Positions 35,649-44,214 of a stretch of 52,200 nucleotides of DNA are shown piece by piece. The position numbers and the translations under genes were made by a program. Below the pieces are notes generated by a model. It ran no database searches, was not told where the DNA came from, and worked only from the letters and a program-made list of their open reading frames with translations. The stretch is from Chloroflexota bacterium. Its GTDB lineage: Bacteria; Chloroflexota; Dormibacteria; CF-121. The first letter of the stretch is position 1, and each line of letters opens with the position of its first letter. Location of the stretch: assembly GCA_005882045.1 (NCBI GenBank), contig VBHO01000026.1, positions 16,885 through 69,084 of the forward strand, in the 5' to 3' direction.

Positions 35649-36898
35649 TGGCCAGCCCGACCACCATCGACCTCGACCTCCAATCCGTCCGGAGGCAGTT
35701 TCCGGCGCTCGCCCTGAAGATCGAGGGACAACCGGTTGTGTACCTCGATAATCCTGCCGGCACGCAGGTGCCCCAGCGGGTGATCGACCGCACCGCGGAA
35801 TACTGGCGCACGATGAACGCCAACCGTGGCGGAGCGTTCGTTACCAGCGAGCAGACGGACGACTTGATCGCTCAGGTTCGGCAGGCGGCCGCGGTCTTCC
35901 TCAACGCGGCCTCGGCCGACGAGATCGTCTTGGGTCCCAACATGACGACGCTGACCTTCGCCGTCAGCCGGGCCATCGGGCGCGAGCTGCGCCCGGGCGA
36001 CGAGATCCTGGTCACGCGACTCGAGCACGATGCCAACGTTTCGCCGTGGCTGGCGCTGCAGGAGCAAGGCGTCATCGTGCGCTTCGTCGACATCGCGGTT
36101 CCGGAGTGCACGCTTGACATCGAAGACTTCGAGCGCCAGCTCGGCCCGCGGACCCGGTTGGTCGCGGTGACCCACGCCTCCAACGCGGTCGGCACCATTC
36201 CGGACCTGGCGGCGATTTCTCGAGCCGCCCACGCCGCGGGCGCCTGGGTCTGGGTGGACGCCGTCCACTACGGCCCGCACGGCCCGATCGACGTGCGCGC
36301 CATCGACTGCGACTTTCTCGTCTGTTCGAGCTACAAGTTCTACGGGCCGCACCAGGGCCTCCTCTACGGCCGGCGCGAGCTGCTCGAGCGGCTCCGTCCC
36401 TACAAGGTTCGTCCGGCGAGTGACGAAGGCCCGAGCCGATGGGAGACCGGCACTCAAAACCACGAGTGCCTCGCCGGCATCCTCGGCGCCTTTGAATACC
36501 TGGCGGACCTCGGTGGGTCGGATCGGCTGGTTCGCACCGCGCTGGAAGCCGCCATGGTCCGCATTCAAGGCCACGAGCGGGCCCTGGCGGCACGGCTGAT
36601 CGACGGCCTTCAGCAAATCAAGGGCGTTCAGATCTATGGGATCACCGACCCCGAGCAGCTGGACCGGCGCGCGCCGACGGTGTCCCTGACGTGGTCGCCG
36701 CATCGCCCTGAGGACTTAGCCCGCTGGCTCGGAAGCCATTACGTGTTCACCACGCATAGCGATCACTATGCGACCGAGTTGATGAACCGGCTGGGTCTCG
36801 CGGAGCAGGGCGGCACGCTGCGCATCGGGGTCGCCCACTACAACACCGCGAGCGAAGTCGATCTCGTCCTGGAGTTGCTCGCCGGCTACCGTCCGTAG
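35648..36898 (+). CDS. Cysteine desulfurase-like PLP enzyme (class V aminotransferase, VC1184 type)
   Basis: VRRQFPAL, YLDNPAGTQVP, LEHDANVSPW, HASNAVGT, VDAVH, CSSYKFYGPH, ETGT, HYNT. Confidence 0.9.
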   Translation: MASPTTIDLDLQSVRRQFPALALKIEGQPVVYLDNPAGTQVPQRVIDRTAEYWRTMNANRGGAFVTSEQTDDLIAQVRQAAAVFLNAASADEIVLGPNMTTLTFAVSRAIGRELRPGDEILVTRLEHDANVSPWLALQEQGVIVRFVDIAVPECTLDIEDFERQLGPRTRLVAVTHASNAVGTIPDLAAISRAAHAAGAWVWVDAVHYGPHGPIDVRAIDCDFLVCSSYKFYGPHQGLLYGRRELLERLRPYKVRPASDEGPSRWETGTQNHECLAGILGAFEYLADLGGSDRLVRTALEAAMVRIQGHERALAARLIDGLQQIKGVQIYGITDPEQLDRRAPTVSLTWSPHRPEDLARWLGSHYVFTTHSDHYATELMNRLGLAEQGGTLRIGVAHYNTASEVDLVLELLAGYRP

Positions 36899-36902
36899 CC
36901 GA

Positions 36903-37736
36903 TCAGATACTGATCAAGAGAACCCCAGCCAGGGCCAGGACGATCCCGAGCTGTTGCAGCCGGGCCATTCGCTCCCCGAGCACGATTCGAGCCAGGATGA
37001 CCGTGGCTACGGGGTAAAGCGACGACAGAATGGAGACGATGCTCAGGAGGCCGACCGTGGTCGCAAAGGCGAAGAAGACATCGGCCGAAACATCGAGAAC
37101 GCCGACGGCAAACAGGGATGGCACGTCGGCTCGCCCAACCTTGAGGCGCGATCGGAACGCCAGCCCCAGGAGCAGCAGCGCCAGCACGCTGCCGGTTCGT
37201 GTCGCGAGCACACCCCACACGGGATCGGGCCGGCTCGCATAACGGATCGCCACCAGGAACACGCCGAACGCCAGCGCCGCCAGCAGCGCCAGGCCCACAC
37301 CGGGTACCAGCTTGCCTCCTGCCTGCGGCCGCCGATCGAAGGCCAGCAGCGCGATCCCGGCGAGGGTCACGACGATGCCCCCGAACTGCAGGACGCTTGG
37401 TCGTTCGCCCAGCAGCAAGCCAACGATGATCGGGACCACCGGTCCGGTCGCCGCAATCGTTGACACCACGCTGACCACACCGATCGCCATCCCGCGATAG
37501 GCAGCCGACAGGCCGACCAGGCCGACCAGCCCGGCCACGACGCCGGCCACGATCCAGGGGCCGGGCGCGATCGGGACGCCGCGGATGATGACGATGGCGG
37601 CGATCAGCAGGAGTGTCGGCGGTTGGGAGACGAACAGCACCGCGAAGGCGCCCAGGCGCCGGGTTTTGAAGCCGCCGATGAAATCACCAACGCCCCAGCT
37701 CAGGCTGGCGGCCAGCGCCAGCAGGACGGCCGTCAG
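36903..37736 (-). CDS. EamA/DMT-family transporter (probable CTG start)
   Basis: LALAASLSWGVGDFIGG, LLLGERP, LSSLYPVATVILARIVLGER; CTGA overlap with the upstream stop. Confidence 0.88.
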   Translation of the reverse strand: MTAVLLALAASLSWGVGDFIGGFKTRRLGAFAVLFVSQPPTLLLIAAIVIIRGVPIAPGPWIVAGVVAGLVGLVGLSAAYRGMAIGVVSVVSTIAATGPVVPIIVGLLLGERPSVLQFGGIVVTLAGIALLAFDRRPQAGGKLVPGVGLALLAALAFGVFLVAIRYASRPDPVWGVLATRTGSVLALLLLGLAFRSRLKVGRADVPSLFAVGVLDVSADVFFAFATTVGLLSIVSILSSLYPVATVILARIVLGERMARLQQLGIVLALAGVLLISI

Positions 37737-38824
37737 TCGGCGACCCGACGAACGGCGGTCCTGGTCAGGAGATCGCCAAGCCGCTGACGGCGGCGATTGC
37801 GCAACACCACAACGGCATCGATCGGCCACAGGGGGAAGGCGACGCCGACCAGGTTGCGCACGGCCGCCCGCCACCACCCGGGCACGCCCTCATTGGGTCC
37901 GTACACCGAGATGCCCATCAGCGTCTTGCCGATCGTCTGGCCGGTACGCGCCTCGATGGGGACGCGATACACGAGGGCGATAGCGGCCAGCAGCAGCAGG
38001 CCCTGCGGGTCGAGGACGATCTCGGTACTGTCCAGTCCGGATACCGCCGTCAGGATCAGGAGCGCGACCGTGAACACAATGGCCAGGTCGATCAGGCCGG
38101 CCCATACCCGGCGCACCAGCGGATATTGACGCCACGCGCTGGCGCGGAAAATCGCCGCGTCGATCGTGTCCGCCAGATCGCGGCGCACACCTAACACGAT
38201 CGGGTCCAGGGCTGAAAGCGCGCCGCGGCGTGCCAGCCAGCGCACCGAAAGGATGAGCGCGAGCGCGGCGAGGACCGTCACGGCGATGACGAAAAATCGG
38301 TGCTCGGCCCGGTGGAAGAGCCGGACGGCGGGCTGGCCGGCCAGCGCCCCGAGCCCAACAAAGATTGCGAGGTACACGACAACCGATGGAATCAGGCCCG
38401 CGGCAAAGGTGAGGCGAGGTATCTGGCTGACGCCCGCCACCTGGGTCGTGCTGATACGCAGCCCGGGAATCAGCCGGCCAATGAAAACCGCCAGCGGCCC
38501 ACGACGCCGGAGCAGGCGGGTCGCTCGTTCGAGCGCGGGTCGGAATCCCAACGCGTCCGCCGCCTTCAAAAGGGCAGGCCGACCGACGGCCGCGAAGACT
38601 TCGCGGCCAAGCATGGCGCCCAGCACGGTAGCCGCAAGGAGCGCGGCCACCATCGGAACCGGCTCCACCGTATCGCTGGCGATCGCGATCCCGGCGATGA
38701 TCAGGAGCAGGTCGCCCGGCGCGAAGGGGACTGGGATCCCGGTTTCTTCGATGAAGACGATGCCCGCGATCACGGCGATCAAGAGGTCGCCGCTCAGGCT
38801 GGCGATCGAGGTAATGGGGTTCAT
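37733..38824 (-). CDS. DedA (VTT) domain fused to an RDD domain
   Basis: FIEETGIPVPFAPGDLLL, FIGRLIPGLR (DedA); RRVWAGLID, GQTIGKTLMGISV, RQRLGDLLTRTAV (RDD). Confidence 0.85.
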   Translation of the reverse strand: MNPITSIASLSGDLLIAVIAGIVFIEETGIPVPFAPGDLLLIIAGIAIASDTVEPVPMVAALLAATVLGAMLGREVFAAVGRPALLKAADALGFRPALERATRLLRRRGPLAVFIGRLIPGLRISTTQVAGVSQIPRLTFAAGLIPSVVVYLAIFVGLGALAGQPAVRLFHRAEHRFFVIAVTVLAALALILSVRWLARRGALSALDPIVLGVRRDLADTIDAAIFRASAWRQYPLVRRVWAGLIDLAIVFTVALLILTAVSGLDSTEIVLDPQGLLLLAAIALVYRVPIEARTGQTIGKTLMGISVYGPNEGVPGWWRAAVRNLVGVAFPLWPIDAVVVLRNRRRQRLGDLLTRTAVRRVAD

Positions 38825-38977
38825 TCGGCGATCGTGGGGCTGGGGTCGAAGCCGTGATCCCGAAACGGAATCCGTAACGTCGCCCACGTCCGCACGGGGT
38901 TTGAGGCTAGCAGGTGGCGGCCTGCAAAGCGTCATGCGGGACGTAAGGCTCCGCTGTTACGTTGGCGTCACCGAATC

Positions 38978-40492
38978 ATGCGCGAGCCATCATCGCCGCG
39001 TAACCCGCTGTCAGCCTTCCATCGTCCGCTGGTGGCCCTGCTCGCCGCTACCGGCCTGGCGCTGGCCGGTCTGCCGACGATTCCGGTCCTGGCCACATCC
39101 AACCAGGCGCACCTCGATCGCGAGGTCCTCAAGGCGATGCAGGCCGGGCGTTCGATCAACGTCATCGTGGTCGCCCGCGGCGATCTGAACGTCCTGGAGG
39201 CCGATCTGCGGCGGTCTGGTCTGAAACGCACGGTGCGCGTCCCGATCGCACACGGGGTCGCCGTCCAACTCACACCCGCGTTCATCGACCGCTTCCGCGC
39301 CGACGCGAACGTCGCCCGCCTCATCTACGACGCTCCCGTCAGGCTTACCGATACGCCCTTCAACCCGACAGCACTTGCAACGGCGTACCCGGCGGTGGTT
39401 GACGCTCTCCCGGTCTGGAGCAACCCGCTGGCGCCGCTCACCGGACAGGGGATCGGGATCGCCGTGATCGACAGCGGCGTTGCGTCGCATCCGGACCTGG
39501 CCAATCGCGTGATCGTCAGCCAGAACTTCAATCCGAACGTCATTGGCAACGATGACGCCTACGGCCACGGCACCGCGGTCGCCGGCATCATCGCTGGTAA
39601 TGGCACCGCCGGCCTCGGACAGTACATCGGTGTCGCGCCGCAGGCGAACCTCATCAGCCTGCGGGTCAATGACGGCACCGGCGGTGCGCCCACCTCGGCG
39701 ATCATGAACGCCATTCTGTGGGCGGTCGTCAACCGGAATACCTACAACATCCGCGTGATCAACTTGTCCTTGCAGGCATCGGTGCAGGAGTCCTACCGCA
39801 CCAGCCCCATCGACGCGGCCGTGGAGTATGCCTGGCTGAAAGGACTCGTCGTGGTCGTCGCCGCCGGCAACAGTGGGCCCAACAGCGCGCTCTACGCGCC
39901 GGCGAACGATCCGTACGTGATCACGGTGGGCGCGACCGATGACCAGGGCACCGTCGTGACGACCGACGACACGCTGGCCGGTTTTTCGAGCTACGGTGTG
40001 ACCCAGGACGGCTTTACCAAGCCAGACTTCGTCGCGCCCGGCCGGCGCATCATCACCACGCTCGCCCCCAACAGCAGTTTCGCGCTGAACTACCCGAGCT
40101 TTCTGGTCGGTTCGCAGTACATCCAGCTCAGCGGCACCTCGGTGGCGGCCCCGGTCGTCAGCGGCGTCGCGGCGCTTTACATCGAGAGCAATCCGACGGT
40201 GCGCCCCGGACAGCTAAAGGGCGTGCTCCTGGCAACCGCTAATCGGCTGGGAGTCGCCGGTAGCGGCGCCGGGTACCCGGACGCCCAGCATGCGATCACC
40301 TATATCGGCCTGGTCGGGAATGCCGATCACGGCCTGGATCCGAACGACTACCTGAAGGTCCTCTACATGGCGGCGCACAGTCTGACGGTGCTGCCCGTCG
40401 TCTCCTGGGACAGTGTCTCCTGGGACAGCGTTTCCTGGGACACGGTGTCGTGGGACAGCGTCTCATGGGACGCGGTGAGCTGGAGCAACTAG
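38978..40492 (+). CDS. Secreted S8 (subtilisin, AprX-like) serine peptidase with a C-terminal Trp-repeat tail
   Basis: Signal peptide, prodomain, AVIDSG, GHGTAVAG, AAGNSG, SGTSVAAP; ends in six VSWxx units. Confidence 0.92.
   Translation: MREPSSPRNPLSAFHRPLVALLAATGLALAGLPTIPVLATSNQAHLDREVLKAMQAGRSINVIVVARGDLNVLEADLRRSGLKRTVRVPIAHGVAVQLTPAFIDRFRADANVARLIYDAPVRLTDTPFNPTALATAYPAVVDALPVWSNPLAPLTGQGIGIAVIDSGVASHPDLANRVIVSQNFNPNVIGNDDAYGHGTAVAGIIAGNGTAGLGQYIGVAPQANLISLRVNDGTGGAPTSAIMNAILWAVVNRNTYNIRVINLSLQASVQESYRTSPIDAAVEYAWLKGLVVVVAAGNSGPNSALYAPANDPYVITVGATDDQGTVVTTDDTLAGFSSYGVTQDGFTKPDFVAPGRRIITTLAPNSSFALNYPSFLVGSQYIQLSGTSVAAPVVSGVAALYIESNPTVRPGQLKGVLLATANRLGVAGSGAGYPDAQHAITYIGLVGNADHGLDPNDYLKVLYMAAHSLTVLPVVSWDSVSWDSVSWDTVSWDSVSWDAVSWSN
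40400..40489 (+). repeat. Six 15-nt coding repeats: VSWDS VSWDS VSWDT VSWDS VSWDA VSWSN
   Basis: 90 nt immediately before the stop; Val and Ser codons vary synonymously between units. Confidence 0.9.
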
Positions 40493-40494
40493 CC

Positions 40495-41208
40495 ATGGCC
40501 AGGGGTCGACTCTCGGCCGCCGCCCTCGCCTACATCGTCGGCGTCAGCGTTGCCGCGGTCGCGGCTGCGCTGATCTTCTGGCGCAGCGAGGGTCCCGCGG
40601 CCAGTTCTGCCGTCTTCGCCGTCCTCGTCGGTCTGGGCATGCTGGCGCACGCCTACCCAGTGCAGGGGTTCCGTCACCAGGCCTACCAGGTGACCTTGCC
40701 CTTCATCGTTGTCGCGGGCGCCATCTTGAACGCCTGGCAGCTTGTGGCGTTCATCGTCCTGATCCACGTGGCCGAGCAAGCCCGGCTTCGCCGGCGGCTC
40801 CACATCCAGTGGTTCAACGTCTGCAACTACTTCGTCAGCGCGGCCGTGGCCGCCGCCTTCTACCACCGGGCGACAGCGCTTCTCCCGGATGGCGCTCTCG
40901 GTCAGGTCGCCGCCGCCCTGGCGGCGGGCTGTGCCTTCGTCACGCTCAACCGGGTTCTGCTGGCCGGGGTGCTGTGGCTTGGCCGCGGCCTGTCGCCGCT
41001 CGCCTCGGGGCTTTTCCAGCCGGAGTTGCTGGCCGCCGACCTGATCACCGTCTGGATCGCCGGCCCAATGCTGGTCCTCACGCTGGAGGCAGGCCCCTGG
41101 ATGATCCTCGCCACCGCGGGCCCGCTGTTGCTGGCGCGCCTGGCGCTGTCGGCGATGCTGGCACGACGCGAGGCGCAGGTGCAGCCGGTCGAGGCAAGGG
41201 CCGCGTGA
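40495..41208 (+). CDS. Stand-alone multi-TM membrane sensor domain, paralogous to the N-terminus of the downstream cyclase
   Basis: Shared motifs: YPVQGFRHQAY / FKVKSPKHQSY, IQWFNVCN / IQAFNVAN, FVTLN / FVGLN. Confidence 0.8.
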   Translation: MARGRLSAAALAYIVGVSVAAVAAALIFWRSEGPAASSAVFAVLVGLGMLAHAYPVQGFRHQAYQVTLPFIVVAGAILNAWQLVAFIVLIHVAEQARLRRRLHIQWFNVCNYFVSAAVAAAFYHRATALLPDGALGQVAAALAAGCAFVTLNRVLLAGVLWLGRGLSPLASGLFQPELLAADLITVWIAGPMLVLTLEAGPWMILATAGPLLLARLALSAMLARREAQVQPVEARAA

Positions 41209-41213
41209 GGTCG

Positions 41214-42440
41214 ATGAACGATCTCCCGCGCGCGGCGCGGATTTATGTCGTAGCCGTGCTCGTGGCGGCGGTAATTGGCGGCATCGCCGGAATTCTGCTG
41301 GCGCCGCCGCGGCTAGATCGGCTGCCAGTCGCCATCGTGCTCCTTGTGTGCGCGACGATCGCGCAGCAGTTCAAGGTCAAGAGCCCCAAGCACCAGTCCT
41401 ACTACACAACGACCGTCTTTTTCTTCGCCGGGGCCGTTCTCCTCCATCCGGCCTACATCATCGCCATCATCCTCGCCGCCCACGCCGTGGAGTCACTCCG
41501 CGTGCGCTACCGCTGGTACATCCAGGCTTTCAACGTCGCGAACTTCGTGCTTTGCTCGATCGCCGCCGGCGCGATCGCTGGCATTGGCCAGCCAACTGAG
41601 CCTTCGAGCACAGGAGGCGCCGCCTTTTACGTGGCGCTCGCGGGGCTGACGTTTGTTGGCCTCAATCACTTTCTGACGGCCCTGGTGATCATGTGGGCGC
41701 GCGGCGTCTCGATTGCGCGCGCCGGCACCATGGATTGGGAGAACGTGGGGACCGACCTCGCGTTGATGTCGGTGGGCGCGCTCGGATCGCTACTCTGGCT
41801 CAAGAATCCCTGGCTGGTGCCGCTTTGCCTCGGCCCACTGTTCTTGATCTACCGATCGCTGCTCGTCCCGAGCCTCAAAGAGGAGGCGCGGACCGACCCG
41901 AAAACCGCGCTGGCCAATATGAAGCACTGGAACCAGCTGGCGCAGGCAGAGGTCGAGCGCGCCCGTCGTTTCGGCCGTCCCCTCAGCGTCGTGCTCGCCG
42001 ACTTCGACTTGCTCCGCGACGTCAACAATCGATATGGCCACCTGATGGGCGACCAGATGATCCGGCGGGTGGCCGACGCGATCCGAGCGTCGCTGCGCGA
42101 GTACGATGTGCCGGCCCGTTTCGGCGGCGACGAATTTGCCGTCCTCATGCCGGAAACCACGCTCCCCGAGGCGATGGCGGTCGCCGAGCGAATCCGACGC
42201 GAGGTCGAGTCGATCGTGCTCAAGAGCGGAGAGGGCTCGGTCCCGGCGAGTGTCAGCATCGGGGTCGCGCTGTTCCCCGCACACGGACGAACTGCGTCGG
42301 ACCTGCTGGCCGCAGCCGACCGCGCCGTCTATCAGGCCAAGGCGCTGGGTCGTAACCGCGTCTGGGCGTTTGCCGAGCGCGAGGACGAGAACATGCGGCC
42401 GATCATCGTCACGGCGCCCTCGAGGCGCGAGGCGAGTTAG
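41214..42440 (+). CDS. Membrane-bound diguanylate cyclase
   Basis: TM sensor region; TDPKTALAN, VNNRYGHLMGD, I-site REYD, RFGGDEF, ADRAVYQAKALGRN. Confidence 0.93.
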   Translation: MNDLPRAARIYVVAVLVAAVIGGIAGILLAPPRLDRLPVAIVLLVCATIAQQFKVKSPKHQSYYTTTVFFFAGAVLLHPAYIIAIILAAHAVESLRVRYRWYIQAFNVANFVLCSIAAGAIAGIGQPTEPSSTGGAAFYVALAGLTFVGLNHFLTALVIMWARGVSIARAGTMDWENVGTDLALMSVGALGSLLWLKNPWLVPLCLGPLFLIYRSLLVPSLKEEARTDPKTALANMKHWNQLAQAEVERARRFGRPLSVVLADFDLLRDVNNRYGHLMGDQMIRRVADAIRASLREYDVPARFGGDEFAVLMPETTLPEAMAVAERIRREVESIVLKSGEGSVPASVSIGVALFPAHGRTASDLLAAADRAVYQAKALGRNRVWAFAEREDENMRPIIVTAPSRREAS

Positions 42441-42443
42441 GCG

Positions 42444-42737
42444 CTACTTTTTTGGCCGCCGGCTGCCGCGTCGGTCGCCGTGCGCGCGCATGAAGGTGTA
42501 AGTCTTTTCTGCGGCATAGCCTTTTTGCACGGCGTCCTGGATGCGCGGCCAGAACTCTTCCTTGACCCAGTTGCGAGCGATCAGCACCTCGACACCGGCC
42601 AGTCGAAGGTCTCCTTTCTCGAGGTCGGAGGTCGTATCGCCACGTTGCAGGGCGCGCACCGCATCGAGGCTGAGGTTCGGAAGGAGCCATGCGCTGGGAA
42701 TGAGGACCTCGGCCTGGCCACGCCCCTCGTCTGGCAC
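42444..42737 (-). CDS. Hypothetical protein (97 aa)
   Basis: Fills the gap between convergent and divergent neighbours; TATAGT 6 nt before GTG. Confidence 0.6.
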   Translation of the reverse strand: MPDEGRGQAEVLIPSAWLLPNLSLDAVRALQRGDTTSDLEKGDLRLAGVEVLIARNWVKEEFWPRIQDAVQKGYAAEKTYTFMRAHGDRRGSRRPKK

Positions 42738-42756
42738 GGAGCAACTATAAACGGGA

Positions 42757-42806
42757 GAGGCGGCTACATTACCGCCGCCTTTTCCACGCCGGAGGCGGCT
42801 ACATTA
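42757..42806. repeat. 15-bp exact direct repeat in a divergent promoter region
   Basis: GAGGCGGCTACATTA at 42757-42771 and 42792-42806. Confidence 0.8.
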
Positions 42807-42816
42807 TGCTGCTGAC

Positions 42817-43242
42817 GTGTCAGTGCTGAAAACGCTCCACGTGTTCGGAGCGATCTTTCTTCTCGGTGGTGTCACGACGCATGCTTTGCTCCGGCCGATG
42901 GCGGCACGTGCGGCCGACGTGGCGCAACTGGCGCTCTACGAGTTCGCCTGGCGCGTGCAGCTGGCCACAGTCTATGTGGGCTCGGCGTTGGTGTTGATCA
43001 CCGGCCTCCTATTGTGGATCGGGCACTTCAAATTGTTCACCGGGTGGCTTCTGCTTGGCGTATTGCTCTACGCGGCGGCAATGGGTCTGGACGGGGCTTT
43101 TCTTGCCCCCAACCTTCGGCGGGCTCGCACGGCGGCGGGCGAGGCGTCCAGCGCGGTGGCGGGCGCGGCCATGACGGTGCAGCTGGTCGCCTGGCTGCTG
43201 CTGGTCGTCGTCGTCTTTCTCATGGTGGCGCGGCCCTTCTAG
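42817..43242 (+). CDS. DUF2269-like four-TM membrane protein
   Basis: LKTLHVFGAI..LVLITGLLL..GWL..VFLMVARPF. Confidence 0.75.
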   Translation: MSVLKTLHVFGAIFLLGGVTTHALLRPMAARAADVAQLALYEFAWRVQLATVYVGSALVLITGLLLWIGHFKLFTGWLLLGVLLYAAAMGLDGAFLAPNLRRARTAAGEASSAVAGAAMTVQLVAWLLLVVVVFLMVARPF

Positions 43243-43250
43243 CTATTCCG

Positions 43251-43862
43251 ATGGCGCCGCTAGGACCAGTGACGTTGACCGGGAAGCACATCCGGCTCGA
43301 ACCAATGCGGCCGGCGCATACCGCCGGGCTGCTCGAAGCCGGGCGCGCCAGCCAAATCTGGGAGTGGATGCCGAACCGTCCGCTGGAGCCGCCAGCGATG
43401 GAAGGCTGGCTAAAGAAGGCGATGCAGGCGGAGTCGTCGGGCCGGGAGTATCCCTTCGTCGTGATCCTCATCCCGAGCGGCCGGCTGGTCGGCAGTACGC
43501 GCTATCTCGATGTCCAGGAAGATGACCGAGGGGCCGAGATCGGCTGGACCTGGTACGCGCCCGACACCTGGGGCGGTGTGGTGAACCCCGAGGCGAAGTA
43601 TTTGTTGCTGCGCCACGCCTTCGAGGACTGGGGCGCCATCCGGGTGGCGCTCAAGACCGATATCCGCAACCTCCACTCGCAGGCCGCCATCAAGAAGCTG
43701 GGCGCGAAGTACGAGGGGCTGCTCCGCAACCAACGGATCCGTCCCGACGGAAGCTACCGCGACACGGTGGTGTTTTCCGTCACCGACCGCGAGTGGCCGG
43801 CCGTCAAGTCGCGGCTCGAGCAGCGCATCGAACGGGTCAGTCCTCTGGGAAGAGTGACATGA
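43251..43862 (+). CDS. RimJ/RimL-type GNAT acetyltransferase
   Basis: VGSTRY, EIGWTWY, NPEAKYLLLRHAFE, RVALKTD, NLHSQAAIKKLGAKYEG, RDTVVFS. Confidence 0.9.
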   Translation: MAPLGPVTLTGKHIRLEPMRPAHTAGLLEAGRASQIWEWMPNRPLEPPAMEGWLKKAMQAESSGREYPFVVILIPSGRLVGSTRYLDVQEDDRGAEIGWTWYAPDTWGGVVNPEAKYLLLRHAFEDWGAIRVALKTDIRNLHSQAAIKKLGAKYEGLLRNQRIRPDGSYRDTVVFSVTDREWPAVKSRLEQRIERVSPLGRVT

Positions 43863-44163
43863 GCGGCGGGTTTTGCGAACGGCTCTTGCGCGACGAGCGC
43901 CGCGCGCCGCCTGGCAGGACCAGCAGCGTTGGCTCCTCTTTGCGACGCGCCCGATAGCCGCTGGCCACCCGGGCCGCCGCCGCCTGGACGGCCCCGATCA
44001 TCTCCTGCGCCGCCACCTCGGGGCTGCGCAGGGACTGCTCCTCGAACGGCACCAGCTCGCTGATGCAGATCTCCCGCTGCGGATCGACGATCACGACGGC
44101 GACAAAGGGCTCCTCGGACCGGATGCTGGGATGGATATCTGACCACGGAATGACATTGCCCAT
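43837..44163 (-). CDS. Hypothetical protein (108 aa)
   Basis: ATG 6 nt after TAGGCT; lies downstream of the AAA ATPase gene on the same strand. Confidence 0.55.
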   Translation of the reverse strand: MGNVIPWSDIHPSIRSEEPFVAVVIVDPQREICISELVPFEEQSLRSPEVAAQEMIGAVQAAAARVASGYRARRKEEPTLLVLPGGARRSSRKSRSQNPPLMSLFPED

Positions 44164-44169
44164 GACGCG

Positions 44170-44202
44170 AGCCTAACCCCTCGTTTTGACAGCTGTCTGT
44201 CG
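44170..44202 (-). promoter_or_regulatory. Leaderless promoter with a GACA-N6-TGTC palindrome next to the -10 box (candidate WYL-regulator site)
   Basis: Minus strand CGACA-GACAGC-TGTCAA-N10-TAGGCT-N6-ATG. Confidence 0.5.
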
Positions 44203-44214
44203 CAGCCGCCCGGG

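Noticed and set aside
38825-38977. Possible c-di-GMP-I riboswitch upstream of the subtilase-DGC operon (GCAAA..GGGACGTAAGGC)
   Set aside because: Only fragmentary resemblance; I could not build the P2/P3 stems with tetraloop and receptor. An Infernal/Rfam search would settle it.
40400-40489. CRISPR array or DNA-level minisatellite
   Set aside because: No spacers; in-frame coding repeat with synonymous variation; no cas genes.
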